Positions 61,643-64,000 of a stretch of DNA of 64,000 nucleotides are shown here, piece after piece. The position numbers and the translations under genes are program-made. This DNA is from Vicugna vicugna (Eukaryota): the NCBI GenBank assembly GCA_013265495.1, contig MU057403.1, positions 349,965 to 413,964 of the forward strand. Reading direction: 5' to 3'. A model generated the notes under the pieces. It worked only from the letters and a program-made list of their open reading frames with translations, had not been told where the DNA came from and ran no database searches. Each line of letters opens with the position of its first letter. The stretch's first letter is position 1.

Positions 61643-62728
61643 TATTTTTGTCATAGTTCTATTGGTTCTTTATAAAAAAAACTGCTTCTTTTTATCATAG
61701 CTTTTTCCTTAGTGTCTTGATTCACCCTTTCATGTCCCTAATGATTTTAAACTTGCTTATTTTATGTTCTCTTTCTGATTATTGTTTAATAATCCTCCCA
61801 TTAGTTGTACATACTGAGAATGTGTGTGGTGAATTCCTTACGTGTTTTGCAATTTTTAATTTTATGCTCATTCTTAGTGAGATTCCTTTTCTTTGAGTTT
61901 TTATGTAGCTAGAATAATTAGCACTTTCCTGCCATGGACTTTAGGCCAACATTAGCCAGGGACCAAGCTTTATGTTAATTTCAGGACCTGGCTAACACTG
62001 GGCCTCAAACCCAAAGGAAGTAAGGGTTTTAGATTAAAATTCTTTCACCCAGATCTCAGGCACAGACAAATAATTGTCATTGTGTACGTATGTGGATCTT
62101 TGTTTTTCTAGTTCACCTATTTTGTTTTTAACAGCAACAACGAAAGCTTTATGCAGGAATTGTAATTCCAACTCTGTCTCACTGGGAACCTGGTCTTCCT
62201 CTTTCATTCCCTGCATAGATGTTAAAAGCAAACTTCTAGGTTACCAGGATGATAGTGTATTGAGGTGAGCTGTTTTGGGTCAGCATACACACTTCCTGCT
62301 CTTTTTTTTTTTTTTCCCCAGTAACTGAGGTTTTCCCTTTCTTTACTGAGAACTTAGTTATGTATTCCCTTTCTATTGTTGTCTTTTATAAAACATTTCT
62401 AAGTGTCCGTAACATATCCATATATTGCTTGAATAGGTATTCTTTCTATCTTTAGCTAAAAAGTCTGAGTTTCTTTTTCCCTCCTTCTTTGGAAAATATT
62501 TATATATATTTTTTCACTTTTTAAATTTTTTTTGTGAAACAATTATTTCACCCTGAAAGTCACTATATCCTTCACTCTTCTTATTTTATATTTTCCACTA
62601 TATAACATGAACTGGAATTTTCCTTCCCAGATTTATTGTATCAATTTACTATCTTTTATTTCTGTAGCAATTTTAAGAAAATATAATGGTTATATTGTGG
62701 AATTCTATTATTTTGACTCACTTCCCTC

Positions 62729-63493
62729 TTTTTTTTTTATTAAGGTATAGTCAGTTTACAATGTTGTGTCAATCTCTGGTGTACAGCACAATGCTTCAGT
62801 CATACATGAATATACATATATTCATTTTCATGTTCTTTTTCACCATAAGCTACTACAAGATATTGAATATATTTCCCTGTGCTATACAGTATAAACTTGT
62901 TTATCTATTTTATATATATTAGTCAGTATCTGCAAATCTCTAACTCCCAGTTTAACCCTTCCCACCCCTTTCCCCCCAGTAACCATAAGTTTGTTATCTA
63001 TACTGGGAGTCTGTTTCTGTTTTGTAAGTAAGTTCATTTCTCTTGTTTTTAGATTCCACATATAAATGATCTCATATGGTATTTGTCTTTCTTCTTCTGG
63101 CTTATTTCACTTAGAATGACATTCTCCAGGATCATCCATGTTGCTGCAAATGTCATTATTTTATCATTTTTATGGCTGTGTAGTATTCCATTGTGTATAT
63201 ACCACAGCTTCTTTATCCAGTCATCTGTCGATGGCCATTTAGGTTGTTTCCATGACTTGGCTATTGTAAATAGTGCTGCTGTGAATACTGGGGTGCAGGT
63301 GTCTTTTTGAAGTAAAGTTCCCTCTGGATATAAGCCCAGGAGTGGGATTGCTGGGTCATATGGTGGGTCTATTTTTAGTTTTTTGAGGAATCTCCATACT
63401 GTTTTCCACAATGGCTGCACCAAACTGCATTCCCACCAACAGTGGAGGAGGGTTCCCTTTTCTCCACACCCTCTCCAGCTTTTATCCTTTGTA
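62729..63493 (-). mobile_element. 5'-truncated young L1 with TSD
   Basis: ORF2 C-terminus '[32 protein letters not shown]'; polyT at ~62729-62738; TSD gactcacttc at 62715-62724 and 63494-63503. Confidence 0.95.
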
Positions 63494-64000
63494 GACTCAC
63501 TTCTCTTTTTAAAATGATCTATTGCTCATCTGAGTTCTTTCTGATCATAACTTCTTTACTGTGAATTTCTTATGTTGATTCATGTTTTATGACTGGATTA
63601 TGGTTCAAGTTGATTTTTCCAGGATTTATGTGTAAGTATTATATATTCTGAGTTCTTAAATATTTGAAAATTTCACATGCTTTTATATATGAAAACTCTT
63701 TTAGTTGGGTAAAGAATTTTTGGGTCACATCTTTTCTGCTAAAAAAAAACTCACTAAAAATAGCTTTGTTCCTTTTGAGTCCAATCTTGCTGAAGTGAAG
63801 TCAGAAACAAAATTAATTTTTACCTTTTTCTTCTTTCTGGATGGTTTCAGTATTCTTTCTTTGTTTTTAATAATCTCTGCAAGAGGATAAACCATGAAGT
63901 TAGTTGTTCTCTATTAAATTTTTCTGGAATATCATGAGTTCACATAATGAGCTCAGACAATGAGAACATGAATTCTGCATATTTACATATCTCTCTATTT

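Overview
Mammalian genomic DNA, most likely camelid (alpaca/llama/camel), judging by several tRNA-derived SINEs that resemble Vic-1. It is repeat-rich intergenic or intronic sequence with no intact protein-coding gene that I can recognise. Two elements stand out. (1) An apparently full-length, intronless, disabled CSGALNACT1 retrocopy on the minus strand (9980-13304). It has a polyA remnant and a perfect 13-bp TSD, is inserted in the middle of an MLT2 LTR, and still carries a dense CpG island. (2) A ~4.1-kb G-rich 19/16-bp minisatellite (44631-48720) with mosaic higher-order blocks and a base-precise internal 1.46-kb inversion. Other content: many L1, L2, MIR, MaLR, ERVL and DNA-transposon relics, a young ERV1-type solo LTR, an ERVL gag remnant, two divergent CTCF-like motifs, a nested SINE-in-SINE, an unexplained TSD-flanked 176-bp insert, and several candidate micro-exons. 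Repeat family names are from recalled consensus sequences, not a database search, and boundaries of old repeats are approximate.
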